Origin: an uncultured delta proteobacterium
GTDB lineage: Bacteria; Desulfobacterota; Syntrophia; Syntrophales; Smithellaceae
Direction: 5' to 3'
DNA: 64,000 nucleotides
NCBI GenBank assembly: GCA_963812045.1
Contig: CAWETF010000003.1
Location: 348,881 to 412,880, forward strand
Shown here: piece by piece, positions 56,402 through 63,753 of the stretch
Layout of the letters: each line of letters opens with the position of its first letter
Numbering within the stretch: the first letter of the stretch is position 1
Program-made: the position numbers and the translations under genes
Notes under the pieces: model-generated
The model's database searches: none
What the model saw: only the letters and a program-made list of their open reading frames with translations
Told to the model about the DNA's origin: nothing

Positions 56402-56710
56402 AATATTATCGAATTCATAAACAATTTCATTTGCACTGAATCATTTTTTTGCGTCATGAAAGATGATTTTAGGCATTAAGCCTGATTATTCATTGTTTTA
56501 ATTTTAATGTTTTTACTGATCTTATTGAATAAATTCAGATAAACATAATAAAGCAAAGGCTTCGCGTTTATTTTTTCTTTAAATTTCAGTGCCGGAGTAT
56601 TAAATTGTTCGGTAATGCAGTATATTTTTTAAAGGTCCGGCGGGCTGATTTTATATTCATTGTTTCTTTCATGAAATTATTGGCAAGTACCCGTAAATTT
56701 TAAATACAGA

Positions 56711-57721
56711 TTACAAACAGGTTTGATAAGAACTCTCTCTTCTCGTGGGATTAATTTGCATTTTCCACAGTTTTCCGAAGCGGTAATCCCATTCTCGAGG
56801 ATAAAAGGGAGACAACCCGCTTCCCGGAGTTAACGTGATTTCTCCAAAAATAATCTTTTTATTGTCAGGACAATATAAGTCAACCCGGCAAAAATCAAAC
56901 TCACTTGCAATTTTTTCGGCAACAATAATCATTTCATCAAGAAGGTGCGGCTTCGTAAAATCTTTTGCTCTCAAAGTTCCCCATCTGAAATTCATAGCAT
57001 TCCAATTCGTATCGTAATGAATTTCTCTATAATGATTCGAGGACCGAATGACTGCTTCTATACAGTGAACCTTTCCATTAAAACAAAGGAACTTATAATC
57101 TAATGGCAAGTAAAAAACAGAATCTTCAATGAACTTTTCAACAATAATCTTTGGGATAATCTGGTCATAATGTGTTTCAGAAAATACGGTATCGCTGTAT
57201 TTCCTGCCAAGCCACATATGGCACTTTGCTATGACCTTATCGCGATTTATATTGTTCTTATCGAATACGATCATATTCCAACCAGAACCATGATTAGCCT
57301 TAATAACAAACTTGTTTGGCAGATCATCAAAAGGGATCTTTTCCGGTTCATTGCCGATAAAATATATGTCATTCAATAAATCCTGCCGGCCAGTTTTTGA
57401 AACAACATATGACCTGGCTGCGTATTTGTCAGAAACAAAAATGGATAACGGATGAGGTGCGAACAATTTCCTGTAATTAATCTTCTCATTGAGAGTTTTA
57501 GGATGGTCTATGTTTGGCCAATACCCTAGAATAAAAAACATCTCAAGTTTAGCAAATACAACTGGACTCATAAAAACACGCAGCCGCAACAACATACTCC
57601 ATAATAGCCTTCTAAGAAACAGGAGAGCTCCTCCGTGTTGATAAATATTAATCGCTCTTTTATATACAGGAAGACCCATTCCTGAACTTCTCCTTTTTAC
57701 ATCTGCAATTAATTGTAACAC
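56711..57721 (-). CDS. TupA-like ATP-grasp amidoligase family protein
   Basis: 336 aa. NEKINYRKLF, SDKYAARSYV, FVIKANHGSGWNMIV and CRVDLYC...IIFGEITLTPGSG fit the ATPgrasp_TupA pattern (recalled). Confidence 0.65.
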   Translation of the reverse strand: MLQLIADVKRRSSGMGLPVYKRAINIYQHGGALLFLRRLLWSMLLRLRVFMSPVVFAKLEMFFILGYWPNIDHPKTLNEKINYRKLFAPHPLSIFVSDKYAARSYVVSKTGRQDLLNDIYFIGNEPEKIPFDDLPNKFVIKANHGSGWNMIVFDKNNINRDKVIAKCHMWLGRKYSDTVFSETHYDQIIPKIIVEKFIEDSVFYLPLDYKFLCFNGKVHCIEAVIRSSNHYREIHYDTNWNAMNFRWGTLRAKDFTKPHLLDEMIIVAEKIASEFDFCRVDLYCPDNKKIIFGEITLTPGSGLSPFYPREWDYRFGKLWKMQINPTRRESSYQTCL

Positions 57722-57757
57722 GCCGACATCTATTTTTATATATTAAATAAGATTTCC

Positions 57758-57786
57758 TTGACATACAAGATCGAATTTCTTAAATT
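57758..57786 (+). promoter_or_regulatory. sigma70-type promoter with palindromic -35 motif (FemAB-like gene)
   Basis: CCTTGACATACAAGA, with TTGACA (57758-57763), a 17-nt spacer and TAAATT (57781-57786). Confidence 0.55.
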
Positions 57787-57894
57787 TTAATTGTTAAAAA
57801 AGCAATATAGTGTCAAATTCCCTCGTGCGCAAAGAAGGCAAGATTATCAATATCTGGAACAAGAAGTGTAATAAATATTCGCAAAACATTTATA

Positions 57895-59106
57895 GTGAAT
57901 TCCCAACAGAATAAAAAATATAGTTTAAAAAGTTTGTTTCTCCGGAGCAGAGGGATATATCGCAAGATACCCCCTTCTTTCCGCAGGGTTCTTATTCCTT
58001 TGAAATGGGTGCTATCATTTATTAGAGGAGTTAGATTTGATCTCTGGATTATAACGGGAGAAGATATAAAAAGTAAACAGGCTCTCAGTGTTTTTTATGC
58101 AGGAAGCAAAGAAAACAAGAATTATTTGATCAATTTAATTCTCGATAAGCCTAATCAAGAAAATTACATTGGAAAGATATGGATATGGGGAATTTTAAAA
58201 AATATTAATGAAAAAAAATTTAATTGTTCTCTGATGGTCGTTGAAGCACCTAAGTATTTTTCTTTATTTTCTATAACTAAGAAATGGTTTTATATTCCGT
58301 GCTGGATTTCCGGAGAGATAGATATCTCGAACGAGATTTCTTCATTAATAACAAATGCAAGTTTAAAATCGGATATCAGGAAAATAAAGAGGAACTATTT
58401 ATCTTTTGAATCAACAAATGAAATTTTTCAATTATATGATTTTTATCACAATATGTATTTACCATATATTACTGAAGCTCATGATGATGAAGCCATTGTT
58501 AAGGAATACGATTTTATAAAAGAAGAATTTAAAAACTGCGATTTAATACTTGTAAAAAGCAGGGAAGAATATATAGGCGGTTGTCTGATTCGTTATACGG
58601 GGGAAAGTGCTCGTCTATGGTGTATTGGAATAAAAAATGGAAATAGAGATTATCTTCAGCGCGGCGTTGTCGGGGCGCTATACTATTTTTCTTTTTGTTA
58701 TTTGAAAGACAAAGGTTTTAAAAAGGTCGAATTAGGCGATACAAGGTCTTTTTTTAAAGATGGCGTTTTGCAATATAAAAAGAAATGGGATATGCGGATT
58801 GTAAGTGCGTCTGAAACCGGATTTTTAGTAAATATTTTGCCAGAAAGAAATTCAGCGAAAGGCTTTTTTTTAAATAACCCCTTTATCTATATGGATAAAG
58901 GTAAATTGGAAGGGGCTATTTTTATAGAAAACGATCAGTTGCTTTCGGAAAAAGATTTTAGAGAAATTTATAAAGGTTATTATCGATATGGCATATCTAA
59001 ATTAATCATTTATCGATTTGGAGGAGACGTTAGCATGGTCCCCAAAACAGTCCCGCCAGATTTTAGTGACAGCATTGAAATACGATATTTAACGAAGCTA
59101 TTATAG
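57895..59106 (+). CDS. FemAB-like / Acetyltransf_6-type GNAT-fold protein
   Basis: 403 aa, GTG start. SDIRKIKRNYLSFES...FYHNMYLPYITE...LILVKSREEYIGGCLI...GVVGALYYFSFCYLKDKGFKKVELGDTR...GVLQYKKKWD follows the FemAB/CelD-like GNAT layout. Confidence 0.55.
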   Translation: MNSQQNKKYSLKSLFLRSRGIYRKIPPSFRRVLIPLKWVLSFIRGVRFDLWIITGEDIKSKQALSVFYAGSKENKNYLINLILDKPNQENYIGKIWIWGILKNINEKKFNCSLMVVEAPKYFSLFSITKKWFYIPCWISGEIDISNEISSLITNASLKSDIRKIKRNYLSFESTNEIFQLYDFYHNMYLPYITEAHDDEAIVKEYDFIKEEFKNCDLILVKSREEYIGGCLIRYTGESARLWCIGIKNGNRDYLQRGVVGALYYFSFCYLKDKGFKKVELGDTRSFFKDGVLQYKKKWDMRIVSASETGFLVNILPERNSAKGFFLNNPFIYMDKGKLEGAIFIENDQLLSEKDFREIYKGYYRYGISKLIIYRFGGDVSMVPKTVPPDFSDSIEIRYLTKLL

Positions 59107-59166
59107 CTGAAACCCGTTATTGATGTGTGTGAGTTTGCATCCTCCAATTAAAAAAAATCAAACAAC

Positions 59167-59640
59167 TTACTTTACAGAACGCACGGGAAGCGCGCGGCCT
59201 CTGCTTTTATGCGCAATGGAACTCCAGAACCATGACCCATGATCATAATCAAAGCCAACGTATACAGCTTCAGAACCTTTTACATCGGAAGCCCACGGAA
59301 AAGATTCAGTCAGGGTTATGAGCTTTGTTATATGATGGCCGTTGTTCCAGATTAAATTGTTATATAAACTAAGCAGTTCATCCTTTGTAGGCATTCGCCA
59401 GTCTTTATAGCCGCCTCCATTGTAATTCTCACAATAGAATTTGGCATCCGGCCAATTTATATTTTTCCCATTGTCCTTTGCCGCCCACATCAAGTTCGTT
59501 TTTGTGTCCAGGACAGTTCCATTGTCATAGGCAATGAAACGACCGTCTCTTTTACTCTCATTGGAGGCTTGAGACTGGTTGGTAAAAACGAAGACTGATA
59601 AAAGCAATAAAAGGATAATTCGTGTGTAAAAGTATTTCAT
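59167..59640 (-). CDS. secreted DUF1566 (Lcl C-terminal domain) protein
   Basis: Signal peptide, then DNGTVLDTKTNLMWAAKDNG...WPDAKFYCENYNGGGYKDWRMPTKDELLSLY. Confidence 0.75.
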   Translation of the reverse strand: MKYFYTRIILLLLLSVFVFTNQSQASNESKRDGRFIAYDNGTVLDTKTNLMWAAKDNGKNINWPDAKFYCENYNGGGYKDWRMPTKDELLSLYNNLIWNNGHHITKLITLTESFPWASDVKGSEAVYVGFDYDHGSWFWSSIAHKSRGRALPVRSVK

Positions 59641-59726
59641 AAACGCGTCCTCCTTTTTAAAAAAGAATTAATATTAAATCTTTGATTACGGATAGGAAAC
59701 TATCATAAATTTACAGATTTGAGAAC

Positions 59727-59758
59727 AGAAGATTACAGTTGCAACCTGGCATAAAATT
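59727..59758. repeat. 46-nt upstream repeat family, permuted junction copy C
   Basis: agaagattac-a-gttgcaacctggcataaaatt. The end of one unit is followed by the start of the next. Confidence 0.6.
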
Positions 59759-59799
59759 AATATTTTTTAAGTAGAACCGGCCCCCGTTACTTTCCTCTT

Positions 59800-60600
59800 T
59801 TACTCTTCTTTTACTCCAATCATGCTGCTTATATTACTTGAGCGCTTGCAAACTTCCTTTTCAATAAACGGCTTAAATGCCGGAATATGCCGCGCCATGC
59901 GGACCAGAAATGGAATTTTTACGAAAGGCCTTTCTGCGATTTTCTTTGTTCTTCTCGAAATACATCCTTTTAACACCAATTCCTCTCCAGCGCGGACATA
60001 CGCAGCCAGAACACTTTCCGCATTCTCTTTCGCCTGTTTGCCGGTTCCTTCCAGTGCGGCTATCCATGCCGCCGCACTCCGACGTTCCAAATGCGCTATA
60101 TGTGGCGCGTCCATGAAGCGCCCAAAAATACGGAAGTACTCTTTGGCATTTTGAATGGTGAGGTTTTCTACATTATCGCAGACTATCAGGGAGATGAATG
60201 GTTTTCCTGAAAGAGATCGGTTTGTCGTATGGAAGAATAAACCGGATTTTGTCAGAAGGACCTCTCCGACAGGAGCGCAAGCGTGAATTCTTTCAAGAAG
60301 ACGTTTGAGAAGGTTCGATATGCCGAACACATAAACCGGAGATGCATATATTATCATATCGGCATCCATCATCACACCGAATACATCTTTCACATCGTCT
60401 TTTGTATCTAAAATGCATTTGTATGTCTTTGTTATCTGGCAATGATTACAGGCGCGGCAACTTTTAATGTTCAAATCCGAGAGATTTTCAACATTCCATA
60501 TTCCACCCGCCTGCTCAACTCCCCTACCAATACTATGAAGAAGTTTAAATGTGGCTCCTCTTTCACCTCTGAGACTTCCATTGAGAGCTAAAATTTTCAT
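59800..60600 (-). CDS. iron-sulfur flavoprotein (Isf-like) / NADPH-dependent FMN reductase family
   Basis: Start moved to the ATG at 60600 (AAGGA RBS; the track ORF extends through the repeat). MKILALNGSLRG flavodoxin-like N-terminus, compact Cys motif CRACNHCQITKTYKC, and YASPVY. Confidence 0.65.
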   Translation of the reverse strand: MKILALNGSLRGERGATFKLLHSIGRGVEQAGGIWNVENLSDLNIKSCRACNHCQITKTYKCILDTKDDVKDVFGVMMDADMIIYASPVYVFGISNLLKRLLERIHACAPVGEVLLTKSGLFFHTTNRSLSGKPFISLIVCDNVENLTIQNAKEYFRIFGRFMDAPHIAHLERRSAAAWIAALEGTGKQAKENAESVLAAYVRAGEELVLKGCISRRTKKIAERPFVKIPFLVRMARHIPAFKPFIEKEVCKRSSNISSMIGVKEE

Positions 60601-60664
60601 GGATAATATCCTTTGTAATAAGGCTTTATTAATAGTGAAAAAATAAGCACCGTCAACAATTCCA

Positions 60665-60710
60665 GGTTGAAAGTTAGCATAAAATTGCAGTTTTGAAAAT
60701 TGAAGACTAC
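60665..60710. repeat. 46-nt upstream repeat family, copy D
   Basis: ggttgaaagttagcataaaattgcagttttgaaaattgaagactac. Confidence 0.75.
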
Positions 60711-60758
60711 GGGAAGTAAAGTTCATCTACTAATCCACAGTCTTTGGCGGTCGTCTGA

Positions 60759-60815
60759 ATTGAGGATTACTGGTTGTAAGGTTCAAAGATTTCTGAGCAT
60801 AAAAAATTGAGGAAG
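60759..60815. repeat. 46-nt upstream repeat family, degenerate junction copy E
   Basis: attgaggattac-t-ggttgtaaggttcaaagatttctgagcataaaaaatt-gaggaag. Confidence 0.55.
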
Positions 60816-60832
60816 AAAGAAATATCATCTAT

Positions 60833-60866
60833 AAAAAACCCCGTGAGGCTGTATGGCCTCACGGGG
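60833..60866 (-). terminator. Rho-independent terminator after the porin gene
   Basis: Perfect 11-bp stem ccccgtgaggc/gcctcacgggg with a 6-nt loop. The minus strand continues with TTTTTT. Lies 30 nt downstream of the stop at 60896. Confidence 0.85.
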
Positions 60867-60895
60867 TTTGGTTTAAAGGTTAAGCATTAATTCTC

Positions 60896-62404
60896 TTAGA
60901 AGCTGAGAGTAAGTTTGTTCATGAGAATGTAGTCATCGGTAACTTTGTTGCCGCCCAGATAACCGTTGTCAACACCCTTGAAATAATCGCCAGTGAAGAG
61001 ATAACCGACACCCAGCATATAGGACAGGTTGTTGGTGAATTTGTATGTTGCAGTAAGATCAACTTCCGTACCATAATTGCTGCCAGTTCCGTTACCTTCA
61101 ACATAGTTGGAAGTATCCCAACCGCCAGGTCCGGAACCTGGACCATATATATATACCATATGGGGTTTTTTATCTGCTACAGCGTAAGAAACAGCGAGCA
61201 TGGCATCAAGTTGGGGAGTGGGTTTAACTCCGACTCTTAACTGACCGAACCATGCGTTGGACATTTCACTGTCAAACGTCGTGCCTGTGTGACCATACAT
61301 GGTGCCCCCCCAGTAGTTCAAATCCTGATTAAACAGAATCAGGCACGGATTCCAGTCCACACCGGCAGTATTAAATCCACCTGTAAGTTTACTGTTGGTA
61401 CCCGGGTAATGATCATCGCCGGAAAGATATGCAAAGGAGCCTCCCGCATAAAATTTACCGAATGTGGCAGTTGCATCAACGAATGCACTCAGTGCGTCTA
61501 TCCCGACGTTACCACTATATTGTCCATACCAACGCAATCCCGGCGAACCGTTTTCCCATTTGTACATATCGCCGAAATAATAAAGAAGTTCCGCCTGAAA
61601 ATCGACAGGTCCAATCTTTGCCTTGACGTAGGGATCAATCACATAAACGTTGGAAAGATAAGCGCCGTTTGCCCATCCCATATAAATTTCATATGGAATG
61701 GCAGGGTTTGGTGAATCCCAACCGCTGGTCTTAAACATTGAATTGCGTTCCCACATGAAAAGGGCTCCGGCTTCGCCGCCTTTGAAATTATAAATACCTG
61801 CTATCCGGTAAGAATCGTAGTCTTTGTCTGTTGAAGTTGTTGACTGATTATAAGCGTAACTTCCGTCCGCTTCCTTGGCATAACCGATGAAACCGGTGAA
61901 AGGTCCTTTTTGAATGTAATATTGAATCTGGCCTGTAGTCGGTCCGGAGCTTCTATCGGCGAAAACAGTCCCAAATACGTAATCTTCCATATAGCCAACC
62001 TTGAACGAACCGATAGGAGAGGTATAATCAACATGAATTTGTCTCATGGAGATGTTTTCAGCTTCTGCCCTTGTTCCAGCGCCACGTGCATCCGGAACAT
62101 CAACATCGGATCTCTGTCCGCCCCAGATTCTTTCCATCGCATCAAACTGCGTTACCAGTTTCAAGGAAGGAGATACGATAAAATCGGCGCCCATGCGCAG
62201 GTCCTGATAGAAGAAAGCTGTACTTGGATTATTTGATCCTGTCTTTCCCTGACTATCCTGGAAACCGTCATCCACCGTAATTTTGTTTAGATACAATCCG
62301 CCGACATAATAATCGGCGCTGACTTTGACGTCAACCGCAAAGGCTGACACATTGAAGGCCATGACCAGCCCCAATGACAACAAAATTAACCAAAACCTCT
62401 TCAT
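60896..62404 (-). CDS. outer-membrane beta-barrel porin-like protein
   Basis: AAGGAG RBS before the ATG at 62404. Signal peptide MKRFWLILLSLGLVMAFNVSAFA, alternating amphipathic strands rich in Y/G, C-terminal ...NKLTLSF with terminal Phe. Confidence 0.75.
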   Translation of the reverse strand: MKRFWLILLSLGLVMAFNVSAFAVDVKVSADYYVGGLYLNKITVDDGFQDSQGKTGSNNPSTAFFYQDLRMGADFIVSPSLKLVTQFDAMERIWGGQRSDVDVPDARGAGTRAEAENISMRQIHVDYTSPIGSFKVGYMEDYVFGTVFADRSSGPTTGQIQYYIQKGPFTGFIGYAKEADGSYAYNQSTTSTDKDYDSYRIAGIYNFKGGEAGALFMWERNSMFKTSGWDSPNPAIPYEIYMGWANGAYLSNVYVIDPYVKAKIGPVDFQAELLYYFGDMYKWENGSPGLRWYGQYSGNVGIDALSAFVDATATFGKFYAGGSFAYLSGDDHYPGTNSKLTGGFNTAGVDWNPCLILFNQDLNYWGGTMYGHTGTTFDSEMSNAWFGQLRVGVKPTPQLDAMLAVSYAVADKKPHMVYIYGPGSGPGGWDTSNYVEGNGTGSNYGTEVDLTATYKFTNNLSYMLGVGYLFTGDYFKGVDNGYLGGNKVTDDYILMNKLTLSF

Positions 62405-62496
62405 AATTTTCTCCTTGATAAAAAGAGTAAACAATTACAGCTTCCGAAAAACGGGCATTTTCTGAAAGCGACTCCAATTTCACTTTTTATTGTGTA

Positions 62497-62525
62497 TTAA
62501 TATTAAAAATGATCTTGTATGTCAA
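62497..62525 (-). promoter_or_regulatory. sigma70-type promoter with palindromic -35 motif (porin gene)
   Basis: The minus strand reads CCTTGACATACAAGA, with TTGACA (62520-62525), a 17-nt spacer and TATTAA (62497-62502). Confidence 0.6.
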
Positions 62526-62578
62526 GGGGGAATCCTAGCCGCAAGTTCACACCCCATATTATTGTGCCCAAAATCTTC

Positions 62579-62607
62579 TTGACACACAAAAGTTCGCTTA
62601 ATATGTA
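62579..62607 (+). promoter_or_regulatory. sigma70-type promoter (secreted Cys-rich protein gene)
   Basis: TCTTGACACACAAAAG, with TTGACA (62579-62584), a 17-nt spacer and TATGTA (62602-62607). Confidence 0.55.
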
Positions 62608-62714
62608 CTTAGTCCAGCAAAAAAGAAGTTCTTATCAAATTAATTAATATAAAATTTAGCGGTTTTGTAGTTAAATTGAAAAGTATAATTAATAAAAATG
62701 GAAGGAGGAGTTTT

Positions 62715-63365
62715 ATGAAGAAATTGGTCTGGCTGCTTTTCTATCTGCTGGTTATACCCGCAACGAGTGCTTATGCAGCTGTTGAATATGTTAAAGTATG
62801 CGAGGTTTTCGGCGCAAACTTTATATATTTGCCTGGTACTGACACGTGTTATAACCCGACAACCGGTGAAACCCGTGAGAATATAGCAGGAAACACATGG
62901 TATTCTCACATCCCGGCAAATCCTGGGAACTGGGTAGCTTCACCGGGGGCCGATTGCTCATCAGGAAGGCTGGTCAATGTTGGAACATTCAAGGCAAGCA
63001 GTTTTGCTCTTAATTCGTACGGGAAATATGAGACAGCTCCGATTCCGCTGGCGCTCGCGACAAACGAGTTCATTTCAAAGGTAATGCTTAGTGGTGGATT
63101 TAATGTTACATCCAGGTCGAACTTCTGCCTTTCCTTCCTGGATGCCACATCTGGACAGTATGAAGTTCTTGGTTGTAAGAACACAGCACAGATGTTGAAC
63201 CAATCTGTTACATGGTCATTTACTCCTCTTCAATCAGTTCCCCTGAGTAGTTTTACAAAACCGTATAAAGTTGTTGGGAATAGCGGAGATGAAGATTGGG
63301 GAACAGATGTTTTTAATGGTTCCCTTACTTGCTGGGTCTGCATCCAGCGAATGTCCCGTTACTGA
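62715..63365 (+). CDS. secreted Cys-rich protein with a porin-type N-terminal motif
   Basis: GGAGG RBS before the ATG at 62715. Signal peptide MKKLVWLLFYLLVIPATSAYA. The mature N-terminus is AVEYVKVCEVFGANFIYLPGTDTC. Eight cysteines after the signal peptide. Confidence 0.6.
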   Translation: MKKLVWLLFYLLVIPATSAYAAVEYVKVCEVFGANFIYLPGTDTCYNPTTGETRENIAGNTWYSHIPANPGNWVASPGADCSSGRLVNVGTFKASSFALNSYGKYETAPIPLALATNEFISKVMLSGGFNVTSRSNFCLSFLDATSGQYEVLGCKNTAQMLNQSVTWSFTPLQSVPLSSFTKPYKVVGNSGDEDWGTDVFNGSLTCWVCIQRMSRY

Positions 63366-63606
63366 GGAACAGGTTAAGCACACGGTTGGGAAATAAAAGC
63401 ACTCATCAACAAAGATGACTTTTGTTCATTTTACTCTTCCAAGGACGGTTATCATTTGGTCTAGAGTCTTTCATGTCATTTCTATCATAAGAAGATTATC
63501 GACAGGCAAAAAAATATTGATTTGAATAACTCTGGTAATCGCTTCATTTTAGACTATTGTAATGCTGAATATTTTTTATGATGAGACTTTACTTGTTCTT
63601 TTTAAA

Positions 63607-63635
63607 ACTATAAAGTCGTCGGTTTCTTGTGTCAA
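63607..63635 (-). promoter_or_regulatory. orphan near-consensus sigma70 promoter
   Basis: The minus strand reads CCTTGACACAAG, with TTGACA (63630-63635), a 17-nt spacer and TATAGT (63607-63612). No ORF longer than ~21 aa lies downstream before the convergent gene end at 63365. Confidence 0.5.
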
Positions 63636-63753
63636 GGAAATATTGATTTTCGATTATAATGTTGAATATATTTCAAAAACAGTAATGTGTGGGTTTCAGG
63701 AAGAAGGAAACGGCACGTTCCTACCTAAACTGTCAGCATGGTTTTGTGCTTTA

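Noticed and set aside
56477-56710. 28-aa minus-strand ORF MKETMNIKSARRTFKKYTALPNNLILRH* as a remnant of a second TupA-like gene
   Set aside because: The resemblance is limited to a few residues, there is no RBS, and the ORF is too short to evaluate without a database search.
52265-60815. Sigma-54 promoter reading of T(A/G)GCATAAAATTGCA inside the 46-nt repeats
   Set aside because: The GG/GC elements are incomplete (TAGCAT/TAACAT in most copies), and the spacing is one nucleotide short of TGGCACG-N4-TTGCW. The orientation is also opposite to the downstream minus-strand genes.
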